From Spirochaetia bacterium (lineage in GTDB: Bacteria > Spirochaetota > Spirochaetia > DSM-16054 > Sediminispirochaetaceae): DNA of 64,000 nt. Below, one piece after another: positions 41,689 to 51,314 of the stretch; positions within the stretch are counted from its first letter, which is position 1; each line of letters begins with the position of its first letter. The notes beneath the pieces are model-generated. The model did not search any database. It saw only the letters and a list, made by a program, of their open reading frames with translations, and was not told the DNA's origin. The DNA lies in assembly GCA_034520965.1 (NCBI GenBank), contig JAXHMY010000001.1, forward strand, positions 320,001 to 384,000. The letters are read 5' to 3'. A program made the translations under genes and the position numbers.

Positions 41689-42204
41689 TCAGAAGTCTTC
41701 CAGATCGGGATGTGAACCGTCACCTGAAAACTCCGAGAAAAAGTACACCAGTCCCCCGTTTTTCTTGCTCACCCGCAGCTCTGCATAGTTTTTCTCCACC
41801 AACTTCTCTAACGCCGATTTTACCTCGTCCAGACTGCGTTCACTCTCTAAAGCTACTTCAGAGGGGGTGGCAACTCCGTTATTGTGCTTCGCAGTTTGCA
41901 GTATGACCTGTTCAAGCGGGTGCCGGCGCCCTTTGTCAGTACGGTCTCCATAGGACATCCCGCCTACCGGTCGCATGGCCTGCTGTTGTCCATACAGGGC
42001 GTTTCTCCATCCTGTACGTAGATTTGCCTCACGCACTTGCAAGGGAAGGGTAATAAAATCATACACCGAACCAATTCCAAACAGTCCGCCGGTAATGATA
42101 TACAGCAGTCCCGTACCTATTTTTCCTAAATAAAATCTATGAAAACCCAGTACACCGAAACCGGATATTAGCCACAATAAATATGCTATTCCTGTTGAAT
42201 ACAC
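41689..42204 (-). CDS. TM2/NINE-domain membrane protein with C-terminal winged-helix-like region
   Basis: AYLLW..GFG..G.HRFYLGK.GTG.LY..TGG.FGIG...D. Confidence 0.85.
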   Translation of the reverse strand: MYSTGIAYLLWLISGFGVLGFHRFYLGKIGTGLLYIITGGLFGIGSVYDFITLPLQVREANLRTGWRNALYGQQQAMRPVGGMSYGDRTDKGRRHPLEQVILQTAKHNNGVATPSEVALESERSLDEVKSALEKLVEKNYAELRVSKKNGGLVYFFSEFSGDGSHPDLEDF

Positions 42205-42225
42205 CCTCTCTCCTCCTCTACCGAT

Positions 42226-43431
42226 TTATACCAGCTCGTCCCTCTGCAGAGTAACCTCGCCCTGCTCTGCCTGGCTTCTGATGAAAGCCATAAAATCTTT
42301 GGTCACCCTATCTACTTCCGTACGTCTCATTGGCCCCAGCTGTTCTCTTTCGCTGCGTATGAACTGCTGCCGGCGTTGTGAGACATTCCGCAGTATTTTA
42401 TCTTCAAGCTTCTCAGACTTACCTTTAAGTATAGTAGCAATATCCCGATCAGGATACTTGTGCAGCAGTTCCTGCAACTGTTTATCCGGAATCTCCAGTA
42501 CACTCTCCACGGAAAAAAGTCTCTCCCGGATTTCATCGGCTAAGCTGCTGTTTTCTTCATGCAAATTGTCCAGTATCCGATTCTCATCCTGAAGCGGTAG
42601 ATTCTTCAATATATCTGCCAATACGGCTTGTCCGTCAATATCCTCAGTAATAATCTTCCCTTGGGTCCTGATCCGCTCACGCAGGCTCTCTTCAACCGAA
42701 GAGAGCACTTCCGGTGATACTTGTCCCATCCGGGCTATACGCTTTACAGCCTGCTGCTGTACCTCAGGCGGGAGGGATTCCAGCACTTGTGAGGCCTTAT
42801 TCGGTACTAAATAGGAGAGGACAATACTCATGACATGTACCGGCTCTTTGCGCAGCAGCAGCATAATCTGCTGATAGTCCATATCATTCAAAAATGCAAA
42901 TGGTCGGTTTCCACTGTATGGATGCACCTTCCCCAATATTTCATTCGCCTTGTCTGCACCAAAGGAACTCGTGAGCATTTCACGGGCAGTCTCAACGCCA
43001 CCTCGCGGATTAGCAGCTAAGTCTCCGGCGATATCGCCGAACTCTTCAAGAATTTTTTCAGCCTCCGGGCGCTCTATCCGTTTTATTTTTGCGATTTCCC
43101 CGGTCACCTTCTCAATCTCGTCCTGAGACAGGTGCTTGAGCACTACCGCCGCCTGCTCCTTGCCCAGAAGAAGCAGCAGCTTGGCCGCTTTTTTATGTCC
43201 AAAGCCTGTTTTGAGGAATCCATTGCGACCGATCATTCCTGCGGCACCATCCTGAGGGGAAAAACCGGCACGATAAACCTCGCCCTTCTGCGACTTCCCC
43301 TCCTGCATAGTCTGCTGCTTATCCTGAGATGGCTCGGCCTGCGAGTCTTTTTTGGTACCCTCTTTAGGGGAATCTTCTTTCTTTTGAAAAGCCTGTAATT
43401 TGTAGGCTTGTATCGCATGACGGTTTCTCAT
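42226..43431 (-). CDS. fliG: Flagellar motor switch protein FliG paralog with N-terminal extension
   Basis: KAAKLLLLLG, GGVETAREML, PFAFL..., RIARM..VSPEV, EIRERLF, RNVSQRR; stands alone, outside a flagellar operon. Confidence 0.9.
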   Translation of the reverse strand: MRNRHAIQAYKLQAFQKKEDSPKEGTKKDSQAEPSQDKQQTMQEGKSQKGEVYRAGFSPQDGAAGMIGRNGFLKTGFGHKKAAKLLLLLGKEQAAVVLKHLSQDEIEKVTGEIAKIKRIERPEAEKILEEFGDIAGDLAANPRGGVETAREMLTSSFGADKANEILGKVHPYSGNRPFAFLNDMDYQQIMLLLRKEPVHVMSIVLSYLVPNKASQVLESLPPEVQQQAVKRIARMGQVSPEVLSSVEESLRERIRTQGKIITEDIDGQAVLADILKNLPLQDENRILDNLHEENSSLADEIRERLFSVESVLEIPDKQLQELLHKYPDRDIATILKGKSEKLEDKILRNVSQRRQQFIRSEREQLGPMRRTEVDRVTKDFMAFIRSQAEQGEVTLQRDELV

Positions 43432-43470
43432 GGTTCTATTGTATCAATCACTTCACACTTAGACAATTAT

Positions 43471-43616
43471 TAGTGGTTCAAAGCTTGTGGAATTTAAATA
43501 TAAACTAAGAATCGCACTCTATCGGTATAGAAGAATCCGCTTTAAATAAGCTATATAAGAGTATACACTCTTCGACAGAGTGTAAAAATAAGCATCACCC
43601 AAGCTTTGAACCACTA
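43471..43616. mobile_element. MITE-like element family B (146 bp) with 17-18 bp perfect TIRs
   Basis: TAGTGGTTCAAAGCTTG (43471-43487) and CAAGCTTTGAACCACTA (43600-43616); internal hairpin TACACTCT/AGAGTGTA; no ORF. Confidence 0.75.
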
Positions 43617-43646
43617 AATTTTTTCCGGCATTTTTTACGGGCTCCC

Positions 43647-43675
43647 TTGACAATTTTTTAATAAATCGGTATAAA
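43647..43675 (+). promoter_or_regulatory. sigma70 promoter of tRNA-Phe
   Basis: TTGACA-17 nt-TATAAA, 13 nt before the tRNA. Confidence 0.75.
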
Positions 43676-43688
43676 TACACTCGTTCGT

Positions 43689-43761
43689 GCCGCTGTAGCT
43701 CAGTCGGTAGAGCAGGGGACTGAAAATCCCCGTGTCAACAGTTCAATTCTGTTCGGCGGCA
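43689..43761 (+). tRNA. tRNA-Phe (GAA), CCA not encoded
   Basis: Acceptor GCCGCTG/CGGCGGC, D-arm GCTC-AGTCGGTA-GAGC, anticodon arm GGGGA-CTGAAAA-TCCCC, T-loop TTCAATT. Confidence 0.97.
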
Positions 43762-43766
43762 CAGAT

Positions 43767-43798
43767 AAGCGTTGAGCCTATGGCTCAACGCTTTTTTT
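43767..43798 (+). terminator. Intrinsic terminator after tRNA-Phe
   Basis: GCGTTGAGCC-tat-GGCTCAACGC followed by 7 T. Confidence 0.92.
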
Positions 43799-43905
43799 AT
43801 GTTCACAGCTTCATGCCTGTCGGTTCCCATGCCTGTCGGTGAATTTACACGGGCAGCGCGTATCCAGTAATTGAGCGCCCGGTTATCGCAGCTATAGAAG
43901 CTATT

Positions 43906-44559
43906 TCAAGTTTTCAAAACAGCTGAAACCTCACCTCTATCTAGATCAATATCTACCACCGCGTAGCGGCCTTCCTTTAAGGCACCTGGATTGATAACAT
44001 GGCTGCGGCCATACACTTTGTGCCCAAAGGACTCATGTATATGTCCTGAAAGCACCAAAAGCGGTTGTTGGGCTTCAATCCACTCAGATAGGCGACAACT
44101 GCCGACGTGTTTCATCTTCATTGCCCGATCGGCCACAGTATTATGGGGAGGCTGATGACTGACTAAAATGAACGGTTGAGCTGGGTCAACAGGCAGCTGT
44201 TCCAGATAAGCTTCAATCTGCTGTTCCGATATCTCATAGGGGGTATCGACCGGTCCTGGCATAGCTCCGCTGAGCCCTGCACACGACACGCCTTGAATTT
44301 CTTCGGGGTTCGAGCTTAGGAGCACCCCCTCCTGCTGCAAATAGGATTCGATTTCTCGATTATCACAATTTCCTGCTACCGCACGTACTTTCGGATGGAG
44401 CTTTCGCAGTTTATCCAAAATCTTACGCGCTTCAGATACCCCTCCAAAGTGGGTGAGATCTCCTACACAGAGCAGAAGGTCCGCAGTTGCGCCCTCATCG
44501 CGACATTTATCGAGGGCATCTTCATTCCCGTGAATATCCGAAACCACCAGCAGTCGCAT
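43906..44559 (-). CDS. Calcineurin-like metallophosphoesterase
   Basis: SDIHG, GDL, GNCD, SHQPP, GHIHE, NPG. Confidence 0.92.
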   Translation of the reverse strand: MRLLVVSDIHGNEDALDKCRDEGATADLLLCVGDLTHFGGVSEARKILDKLRKLHPKVRAVAGNCDNREIESYLQQEGVLLSSNPEEIQGVSCAGLSGAMPGPVDTPYEISEQQIEAYLEQLPVDPAQPFILVSHQPPHNTVADRAMKMKHVGSCRLSEWIEAQQPLLVLSGHIHESFGHKVYGRSHVINPGALKEGRYAVVDIDLDRGEVSAVLKT

Positions 44560-44669
44560 ACCTACCTCCTATTGTGGTCATAAAAAATATAACTATCCTT
44601 ACCTTCTATTTAAATGTAAAGATAGACAAGGACTCAGGCAAGCTGCGAACCCACTCTCATACTCTCTCT

Positions 44670-45377
44670 TCAGGCAAGCAGGGAATAGAGCTGCTGTTCC
44701 AGCTCTAATATGGCGTGCTCCTTTAAGGAACGCTGCTCACGGGGCAGCGGGTTAGGTATGGCGGCCTGAATTTCTGCCGGGGGGCCGTATAACACTACAA
44801 TCGTATCACCCAGCAAAAGGGCCTCCTGAATATCGTGGGTAACAAATACAGCGGTGCGCCGATCGTGGGTCCACAGTTTCTCAAACAGCTCGATCAAGGA
44901 GAGCTTGAGGTGCAAATCCAGCGCTTGAAAGGGTTCGTCCATTAGCATCACTCCGGCGGGATAGGCGAAAGCTCTGGCCACTGCTACCCTTTGCCGCATT
45001 CCTCCGGACAGTTCGTGGGGATAATAATCGGTGAATCGACTGAGGCCTACCATCTCCAAAAACTTACTGCAACGCAGGGAGGCTTCCTTCGGTTGCATAA
45101 ACGGCCCCAGTACCAGCTCAATATTCTTGCGTACACTTTTCCAAGGCAGCAGTCGCGGCTCCTGAAAGAGATAACTGATACGCTCATTACCAACTCCACT
45201 CACATTTCCAAGGGCTGGATTCAAAAGTCCGGAGATAAGATTGAGCAGGGTGGTTTTTCCGCAGCCAGAAGGTCCCAAGACTGCGGTTACATGTCGATCC
45301 GGTATTTCTAAAGAGAAATTGTTAAAGACCGTTAAATCTTTAAAGCTGAGGCTTAGCTGATTACATTGAATCGGCAT
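44670..45377 (-). CDS. ABC transporter ATPase (NitT/TauT type)
   Basis: GPSGCGKTT, FQEPRLLPW, LSGGMRQR, MDEPF, VTHD. Confidence 0.94.
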   Translation of the reverse strand: MPIQCNQLSLSFKDLTVFNNFSLEIPDRHVTAVLGPSGCGKTTLLNLISGLLNPALGNVSGVGNERISYLFQEPRLLPWKSVRKNIELVLGPFMQPKEASLRCSKFLEMVGLSRFTDYYPHELSGGMRQRVAVARAFAYPAGVMLMDEPFQALDLHLKLSLIELFEKLWTHDRRTAVFVTHDIQEALLLGDTIVVLYGPPAEIQAAIPNPLPREQRSLKEHAILELEQQLYSLLA

Positions 45378-46170
45378 ACAAACGGCTCCATGACATGCTG
45401 TGGATTCCAAGACTGAGAAGCCATTGGCTGCCGGCGCTCAACAGTATTGCAACTGCTGTCCAGGCAAACACCTGGGCAGTCTCAAGGCTCATCTGGGAGA
45501 ACTGCATCTCACTCCCCACACCCCAATTAGGCAGGCTTGAAACCTCTGCTGCAACCACAACCTTCCAGGTAAGGCCTAAAGCAGTTTGGGCTCCTGATAT
45601 TAAGTACGGTACTACTGAGGGAATGGAGATGTGCAGCAGTCGGCGGGCGGAGTCTAGACCATAAGCTCGACCCATCTGCAGCAGTTTTTGATCGGTCTGC
45701 CGAATACCGACAATTATATTTTGAGTGATGACCGGAAAGGCTATGAGAAAGGAAGAGAAAATCGGCACAGTACCGGTTTTAAACCACAACAGGGCTATTA
45801 AAATTACCGACATAATAGGTGTGGTTCGTATAATTGCAATAAGCGGTTTAAACAATGCATGCAGGGGCAAACTGATGCCGGCAGCAATGCCGACAACCGT
45901 GCCTACCAAGAGTGAAATAAAAAACCCCGCTAAACCACGTATGAGGGTACTCCAGACGGATATCCAGAAATCATTACTTTGCAACAAGCCCAACAGTTCA
46001 CGAATTACTGCCGGCGGGGGAGGAAGGATTATGGAGGCATCCATCAGTACCGCAGCCGCCCACCAGATTGCCAGCAGGACTATAACCGCGGCACCGGAGA
46101 TGAAAAAATTACGAAAGCGCAGAACAGTTCTGTTCTGTAAGCCCTTATTGGCTAAGGTAGAACCCGTCAT
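45361..46170 (-). CDS. ABC transporter permease (NitT/TauT type)
   Basis: LPPP..V, TM helices, GLTWKVVVAAE. Confidence 0.92.
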   Translation of the reverse strand: MTGSTLANKGLQNRTVLRFRNFFISGAAVIVLLAIWWAAAVLMDASIILPPPPAVIRELLGLLQSNDFWISVWSTLIRGLAGFFISLLVGTVVGIAAGISLPLHALFKPLIAIIRTTPIMSVILIALLWFKTGTVPIFSSFLIAFPVITQNIIVGIRQTDQKLLQMGRAYGLDSARRLLHISIPSVVPYLISGAQTALGLTWKVVVAAEVSSLPNWGVGSEMQFSQMSLETAQVFAWTAVAILLSAGSQWLLSLGIHSMSWSRLYADSM

Positions 46171-47140
46171 CCGGCAGCTGACCTCCTACGGAAGCGGGAT
46201 TAAAATCCAGTAGGACCTGTAAAAACTCTTCCATTATCGGCCGTGCAGCAGCAGAGGGTATAAACTTCAGGTTGCAGTGGGGAATAGCCGGTTCGGCCAA
46301 AGCGGCCGGCATAACCTCATATTTTCCGATCAATTGGGCGGCTTCCGCAGGATTACTGTTTACCCATTCAATCGATTCGGAATAAGCCTCCAGAAAGCGC
46401 TCTACCAGCTCAGGTCGTTCAGCCGCTATCTGAGGTTTTACCACAACTACCGTAATTGGATAAGTGGTTTCTCCGCCCTGAATCTGCTGCCAGGAGGACT
46501 GAAAATCTAATACCCTTCTCACATCCGAGGCTCTGGTGCGTACCATGGTCACAAAGGGTTCGGGTAAAATTGCGGTATCGATTTTACCGGAAATTAGAAG
46601 CTGGGCCAGTTGTGGTCCGCTGCTAACGGAAAAATCAAGCTGAACATTTTCCTTCGGATACAGCCCATGCTGGGAGAGCAAATACTGAAACAGGTAATCC
46701 GGGGTAGCTCCCTTACCAATCGAGTACACAGTTTTATTCTGCAGGTCTTTCCACTCACTAATTTCAGGATCGCGGCTCAGCAGGTGGAGAACTCCCATTC
46801 CCACCACGGCACCCAGTTTGTAACCGGGACCGGCGGTATACATCTTGGCCGCCATATTAGCCGGAAATACGGCAAAATCGAGCTCGCCCCCGGCAACTCT
46901 AGAAACCATAGCTTTTGGTGAGGGAAGTACACTGAAATTGGAATCCACCTCAGGCCCTAATTCCGGAACGTCCTCAAACATCTTTATCATTCCGAAGCCA
47001 TAGGGACCCTTTAGTGAAGCGGCTTCAATTGTGATTTCTTCCGTCTCTTTTACTTCCTGCAGTCCCCGTGCTGTAAGATTCATTCCTGCACCGCCTAGCA
47101 ACAGTGCTGCAGTCAAAATGATAGCGTATCCTTGTCTCAT
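46145..47140 (-). CDS. ABC transporter substrate-binding protein (NitT/TauT/SsuA-like)
   Basis: Signal peptide; LKGP..GM, GKGATPD, AILPEPF, SVGGQLPD..FY. Confidence 0.88.
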   Translation of the reverse strand: MRQGYAIILTAALLLGGAGMNLTARGLQEVKETEEITIEAASLKGPYGFGMIKMFEDVPELGPEVDSNFSVLPSPKAMVSRVAGGELDFAVFPANMAAKMYTAGPGYKLGAVVGMGVLHLLSRDPEISEWKDLQNKTVYSIGKGATPDYLFQYLLSQHGLYPKENVQLDFSVSSGPQLAQLLISGKIDTAILPEPFVTMVRTRASDVRRVLDFQSSWQQIQGGETTYPITVVVVKPQIAAERPELVERFLEAYSESIEWVNSNPAEAAQLIGKYEVMPAALAEPAIPHCNLKFIPSAAARPIMEEFLQVLLDFNPASVGGQLPDDGFYLSQ

Positions 47141-47188
47141 ATATACTCCCTTACTTTATTTTTGTCGTTTTGGTTGCCGCGGAACGGC

Positions 47189-48421
47189 TTATGAAACTAT
47201 TATTCGAAAATATCGCTTCTTTCCCGCTCGCAGCAGTAGCTCGTTGTCCGCCAGATCATCGGCGGTAATGCTCTCCTCAATATCCTCAATCTTGCGGTCA
47301 TTGACTATCGCCCCTCCCTGCTTTACCAGTCGGCGGGCTTCGCCTTTTGAAGCACAGAGGCTGGTGCGGGAAAACAGATCCATCACATTGATACCGGATT
47401 CAAGTTCGGTTGCTGCAACTTCCAAGGACGGAATCCCATCACGGTCGGCCACGCCTCCGGATGAGAAAGCTGCCTTTGAGGCTTCCAGAGATTTATTGGC
47501 CTCTTCCTCGCCGTGTATAATCTTAGTCTGCTCCCAGGCTAGTCTCTCCTTCGCTTTATTGATATCCTGTCCCTCCAGTTTTGCCAGTTCGGCAATTTCA
47601 TCCATCGGCAGGAAGGTAAACATTTTTAGAAAGCGGACTACATCGGCATCGTTTACATTGCGCCAGTACTGGAAAAACTCATACGGCGAGCAGAGTTCCG
47701 GATTGAGGAAAATAGCGCCCCGCTCGGACTTGCCCATTTTTTTGCCGTCCGCCCGAGTGATAAGAGGAAATGTCAAACCGTGCGCCTCGTTTCCATCCAT
47801 TCGTCGTATCAGCTCAACGCCGCTGACAATATTACCCCACTGATCATCGCCGCCTACCTGCAGTTTACAATTATATTCACGATTCAGTATAAGAAAGTCA
47901 TAAGACTGCAGCAGCATATAGTTGAACTCGATAAAGGAGAGTCCCCGCTCCAGGCGCTGCTTGTAGGCTTCAAAGGTCAGCATCCGGTTTACCGAGAAGT
48001 GACGGCCGATATCCCGCAAAAACTCAATGTAGTTCAGACCACCCAGCCAGTCATAGTTGTTGACCATAACCGCTCGACCTTCGGTAAAATCAATCAGCTT
48101 GGAGGCGCCGCTCTTGATCGCCTTTTCATTCTCACGGATTTCTTCCAAGGTGATAATTTTACGCATCTCAGTTTTTCCGGAGGGGTCCCCAATCAAGCCT
48201 GTTCCACCACCTACCACTACAATCGGCCGGTGGCCGTGCTGCTGCAGGTGAGCCATGGCGTAAAAGGGCACCATATGCCCGATATGCAGGCTACGTGCGG
48301 TCGGATCCACCCCGACGTAAAAACTCACACTCTCCTGCTCCATAATCTCGTCAAGCCGATCCAAATCAGTACACTGCTGTAAAAAGCCGCGCTGTTTTAA
48401 TTCTTCAAGTCCTGATGTCAT
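47189..48421 (-). CDS. tyrS: Tyrosine-tRNA ligase
   Basis: GVDPTARSLHIGH, QSYDF, GGDDQWGNI, KMGKS, S4 domain. Confidence 0.98.
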   Translation of the reverse strand: MTSGLEELKQRGFLQQCTDLDRLDEIMEQESVSFYVGVDPTARSLHIGHMVPFYAMAHLQQHGHRPIVVVGGGTGLIGDPSGKTEMRKIITLEEIRENEKAIKSGASKLIDFTEGRAVMVNNYDWLGGLNYIEFLRDIGRHFSVNRMLTFEAYKQRLERGLSFIEFNYMLLQSYDFLILNREYNCKLQVGGDDQWGNIVSGVELIRRMDGNEAHGLTFPLITRADGKKMGKSERGAIFLNPELCSPYEFFQYWRNVNDADVVRFLKMFTFLPMDEIAELAKLEGQDINKAKERLAWEQTKIIHGEEEANKSLEASKAAFSSGGVADRDGIPSLEVAATELESGINVMDLFSRTSLCASKGEARRLVKQGGAIVNDRKIEDIEESITADDLADNELLLRAGKKRYFRIIVS

Positions 48422-48423
48422 TC

Positions 48424-49761
48424 TCAGTCTCTCCTGTAGTTCTTTATCCCTGTTCGTATTTTTTGTACAAGTTCCGAGACTGAAACACGCTCCTGCTTCA
48501 TCGAATCCCGGTAACGAATTGTAACGGTATTATCTTCTTTCGTATCGTAATCTATGGTGATACAAAAGGGGGTTCCAATTTCATCCTGCCGTCGGTATCG
48601 ACGACCGATGGCCCCGCTTTGATCGTAAAAGGTAGCATAATCATCGCGTAATTCTTTTTCGATGCTCTTCGCCAGGTCGGCAATTCCGTCTTTTTTTACC
48701 AAGGGAAGGACTGCTACAGTTACCGGGGCTACAAGCGGATGAAAATGCATTACGGTCCGGGTTTCACCGTCTTCGAGCTGCTGCTCTTCATAGGCATCGG
48801 AGAGAACCATCAGGACCGAACGGGTCAAACCGGCGGAAGTCTCGATTACATACGGGACATAGCGCTCACGGGTCTGGTCGTCGAGGTAGGTCATATCCTT
48901 CCGGGAAAACTCGGCGTGACGCGCAAGGTCAAAATCCGTCCGCGAATGAATTCCCTCCAGCTCCTGCCAGCCCATGGGGAAGTAGAACTCGATGTCAAAG
49001 GCATCCTTCGCATAATGAGCCAGTTCATCCGGCCCGTGCTGGTGAAAACGCAGCTTGTCCTTGCGAATTCCAAGCTTGTTGTAATAGTTAATCCGCTCGT
49101 TCTTCCAGTATTCAAACCATTCCTGATCGTCCCCCGGCTTTACAAAAAACTGCATTTCCATCTGCTCAAACTCAAGGGTACGGAAAATAAAATTCTTGGT
49201 AGTTATCTCGTTTCGAAAGGCCTTTCCAACCTGGGCGATTCCGAAGGGTATCCTTACCCGACTGGTCTGCACCACATTTTTGAAATTTACAAAAATGCCC
49301 TGGGCAGTCTCCGGTCGAAGATACACAATGTTGTCTTCACTTTTTACCGCCCCCATATAGGTGGAGAACATCAGGTTGAAATCACGGGGTTCGGTAAACT
49401 CACCCTTCACGCCACAAACCGGACAAGCTGCTTCCATGTCTATCTGATCGGCCCGAAACCGGCTTTTACAGTTTTTACAGTCGACCAGTGGGTCAGAAAA
49501 ATTATCCACATGTCCCGATGCTTCCCAGGTGCGCGGATGCATCATGATAGCGGCATCCAAACCTACAATACTGTCATGGAGCTGGGTCATCTCCTTCCAC
49601 CAAAAATGTTCAACGTTATTCTTCAGCTCTACTCCGAGGGGACCGTAATCCCAGGCACCGGTTAATCCGCCGTAGATCTCGCTTGATTGGTAGACAAAGC
49701 CCCGTCGCTTGCACAGCGAAACCAGTTTGTCCATTGTTACTTCAGTTGTTGCCTCTGCCAT
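48424..49761 (-). CDS. glyQS: Glycine-tRNA ligase (alpha2, eukaryote/archaea-like type)
   Basis: KRRGF..SSEIYGG..DYGPLG, YLRPETAQGIF, FRNEIT, IGRRYRRQDEIGTP. Confidence 0.96.
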   Translation of the reverse strand: MAEATTEVTMDKLVSLCKRRGFVYQSSEIYGGLTGAWDYGPLGVELKNNVEHFWWKEMTQLHDSIVGLDAAIMMHPRTWEASGHVDNFSDPLVDCKNCKSRFRADQIDMEAACPVCGVKGEFTEPRDFNLMFSTYMGAVKSEDNIVYLRPETAQGIFVNFKNVVQTSRVRIPFGIAQVGKAFRNEITTKNFIFRTLEFEQMEMQFFVKPGDDQEWFEYWKNERINYYNKLGIRKDKLRFHQHGPDELAHYAKDAFDIEFYFPMGWQELEGIHSRTDFDLARHAEFSRKDMTYLDDQTRERYVPYVIETSAGLTRSVLMVLSDAYEEQQLEDGETRTVMHFHPLVAPVTVAVLPLVKKDGIADLAKSIEKELRDDYATFYDQSGAIGRRYRRQDEIGTPFCITIDYDTKEDNTVTIRYRDSMKQERVSVSELVQKIRTGIKNYRRD

Positions 49762-51236
49762 TATGAAACCTCGCTTTTTAAAAGGGTTATTGCACGGTCG
49801 ATCCGCTCTAATGTTTTATCCATTCCTAACAGACGTATCGATCCAAATAAGGGCGGCGATGTACGGCTGCCGGTAATCGCCACGCGCACCGGCATCAGCA
49901 TCGCTCCCAATTTTACTTCAAGTTCCTCTGCTTTCTGCCGCAGAAGCTCCTCTGTACGCTCTTCACCAACCGACTCAAACCCCGCCATAAGCTCTCGGCC
50001 GGCCTGCAGTATTTCGATGGTTTTCGCAGCATCGAGTTTCTTTGGTATCAATTCCTCTGCTTCGTAGCCCTCGATTTCTTGAAACAAGAACCGGGAGAGC
50101 GGTACAATGTCGGGCAAAAAGTGAAGCCGCTCTTTCATCAAGGGCATCATTTCCCGCAGCTTCTCCATTTCGACCTCCGTGGGGGGGATACCAACAATAT
50201 TTTCTTTCTGCAGATAAGAAAGCAGCAGTTCAATGAGCTCTTCATCCTTTTTCTCACGGATATACTGACCGTTGAACCACTCCAGCTTTTTATAATCGAA
50301 GACCGCCGGCGCCTTGTTCAGTTTTTCCAGCACAAACAGCTCCTCAAGCTCCTCTTTTGTAAAAAACTCACGTTTATCATCGTAAGACCAGCCAAGGAGA
50401 GAAATGTAGTTGATGACCGCTTCCGGCAGGTAGCCTTGGCGGCGAAACTCGATCACCGATGTTGCACCATGGCGCTTGGAGAGCTTCTGGCCGTCTTTGC
50501 CCATTACCATTGGAAGGTGGCAGTACTGCGGAGGCTCCCAGCCGAAGGCTTCGTACAGGAGAATGTGCAGCGGGCCGGAGGGAATCCACTCTTGGGCGCG
50601 CATAATGTGGCTAATGGCCATCAGGTGGTCGTCGACTACATTTGCCAGATGATAGGTGGGAAATCCATCTGATTTCAACAGAACCGGATCGGCGGGGATA
50701 TCTTTATTCTTTTTTTTCATCTCCCCCAGCAGGATGTCTTCAAAGACAGTAGTCCCTTCCAGGGGCACCTTAAAACGCACTACCGGTTTAAATCCCTGGC
50801 GGAGGTACTCCTCCCGCTGATCTTCGGTAAGGTTACGACAGTGACGGTCATAGCCCTGGCCCTTCTTCTCCTGTTTCTGTTGTTCCCGCAGGGCATCTAA
50901 TCGCTCGGAGCTGCAGAAACAGTAATAGCCATGTCCACTCTCAACTAACTGCTCTGCATAACGGGTGTACAAATCAAAGCGCTCAGACTGGACATACGGG
51001 CCATATCCGCCGTCTTTGTTGGGGCCTTCATCCCATTCAATCCCGAGCCACTCGAAGGTATCATACAGATCCTGCAGAGCTTGGTCGTTATAGCGCTCCC
51101 TATCTGTATCCTCTACACGGAGAATAAAAGAGCCGCCCTGGGATCGGGCAAAAAAGTAGTTAAACAGAGCTGTGCGCACACCACCGATGTGCTGCAGTCC
51201 GGTTGGAGACGGTGCATACCGTACACGTACACTCAT
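49761..51236 (-). CDS. gltX: Glutamate-tRNA ligase
   Basis: RYAPSPTGLQHIGG, PTYHLANVVDDH, KLSKRHG. Confidence 0.98.
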   Translation of the reverse strand: MSVRVRYAPSPTGLQHIGGVRTALFNYFFARSQGGSFILRVEDTDRERYNDQALQDLYDTFEWLGIEWDEGPNKDGGYGPYVQSERFDLYTRYAEQLVESGHGYYCFCSSERLDALREQQKQEKKGQGYDRHCRNLTEDQREEYLRQGFKPVVRFKVPLEGTTVFEDILLGEMKKKNKDIPADPVLLKSDGFPTYHLANVVDDHLMAISHIMRAQEWIPSGPLHILLYEAFGWEPPQYCHLPMVMGKDGQKLSKRHGATSVIEFRRQGYLPEAVINYISLLGWSYDDKREFFTKEELEELFVLEKLNKAPAVFDYKKLEWFNGQYIREKKDEELIELLLSYLQKENIVGIPPTEVEMEKLREMMPLMKERLHFLPDIVPLSRFLFQEIEGYEAEELIPKKLDAAKTIEILQAGRELMAGFESVGEERTEELLRQKAEELEVKLGAMLMPVRVAITGSRTSPPLFGSIRLLGMDKTLERIDRAITLLKSEVS

Positions 51237-51314
51237 ATATTAAACCTCTCGTTGCGGTAAGATAGTAGTTACTCTTCACAATTCACGCAATTATACGCTT
51301 GCAGAAAAACAGGG

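Noticed and set aside
43813..43840. Short tandem duplications in intergenic DNA (CATGCCTGTCGGT x2; AGCAAGGCT x2 near 37090-37108; AGCAGG(C/T)AT x2 near 13391-13408) as MITE excision footprints
   Set aside because: Periods vary (16, 10, 9 bp) and simple slippage explains them; not testable from this window.
43689..43905. tRNA-Phe as an integration site for an island
   Set aside because: No integrase nearby and I saw no duplicated tRNA 3' end; flanking genes are ordinary.
48739..49665. 308-aa plus-strand ORF and other long antisense ORFs (e.g. 47031-47843, 39897-40604, 17291-17863)
   Set aside because: They lie antisense to well-supported synthetase or ligase genes and show no recognisable motifs; typical shadow ORFs.
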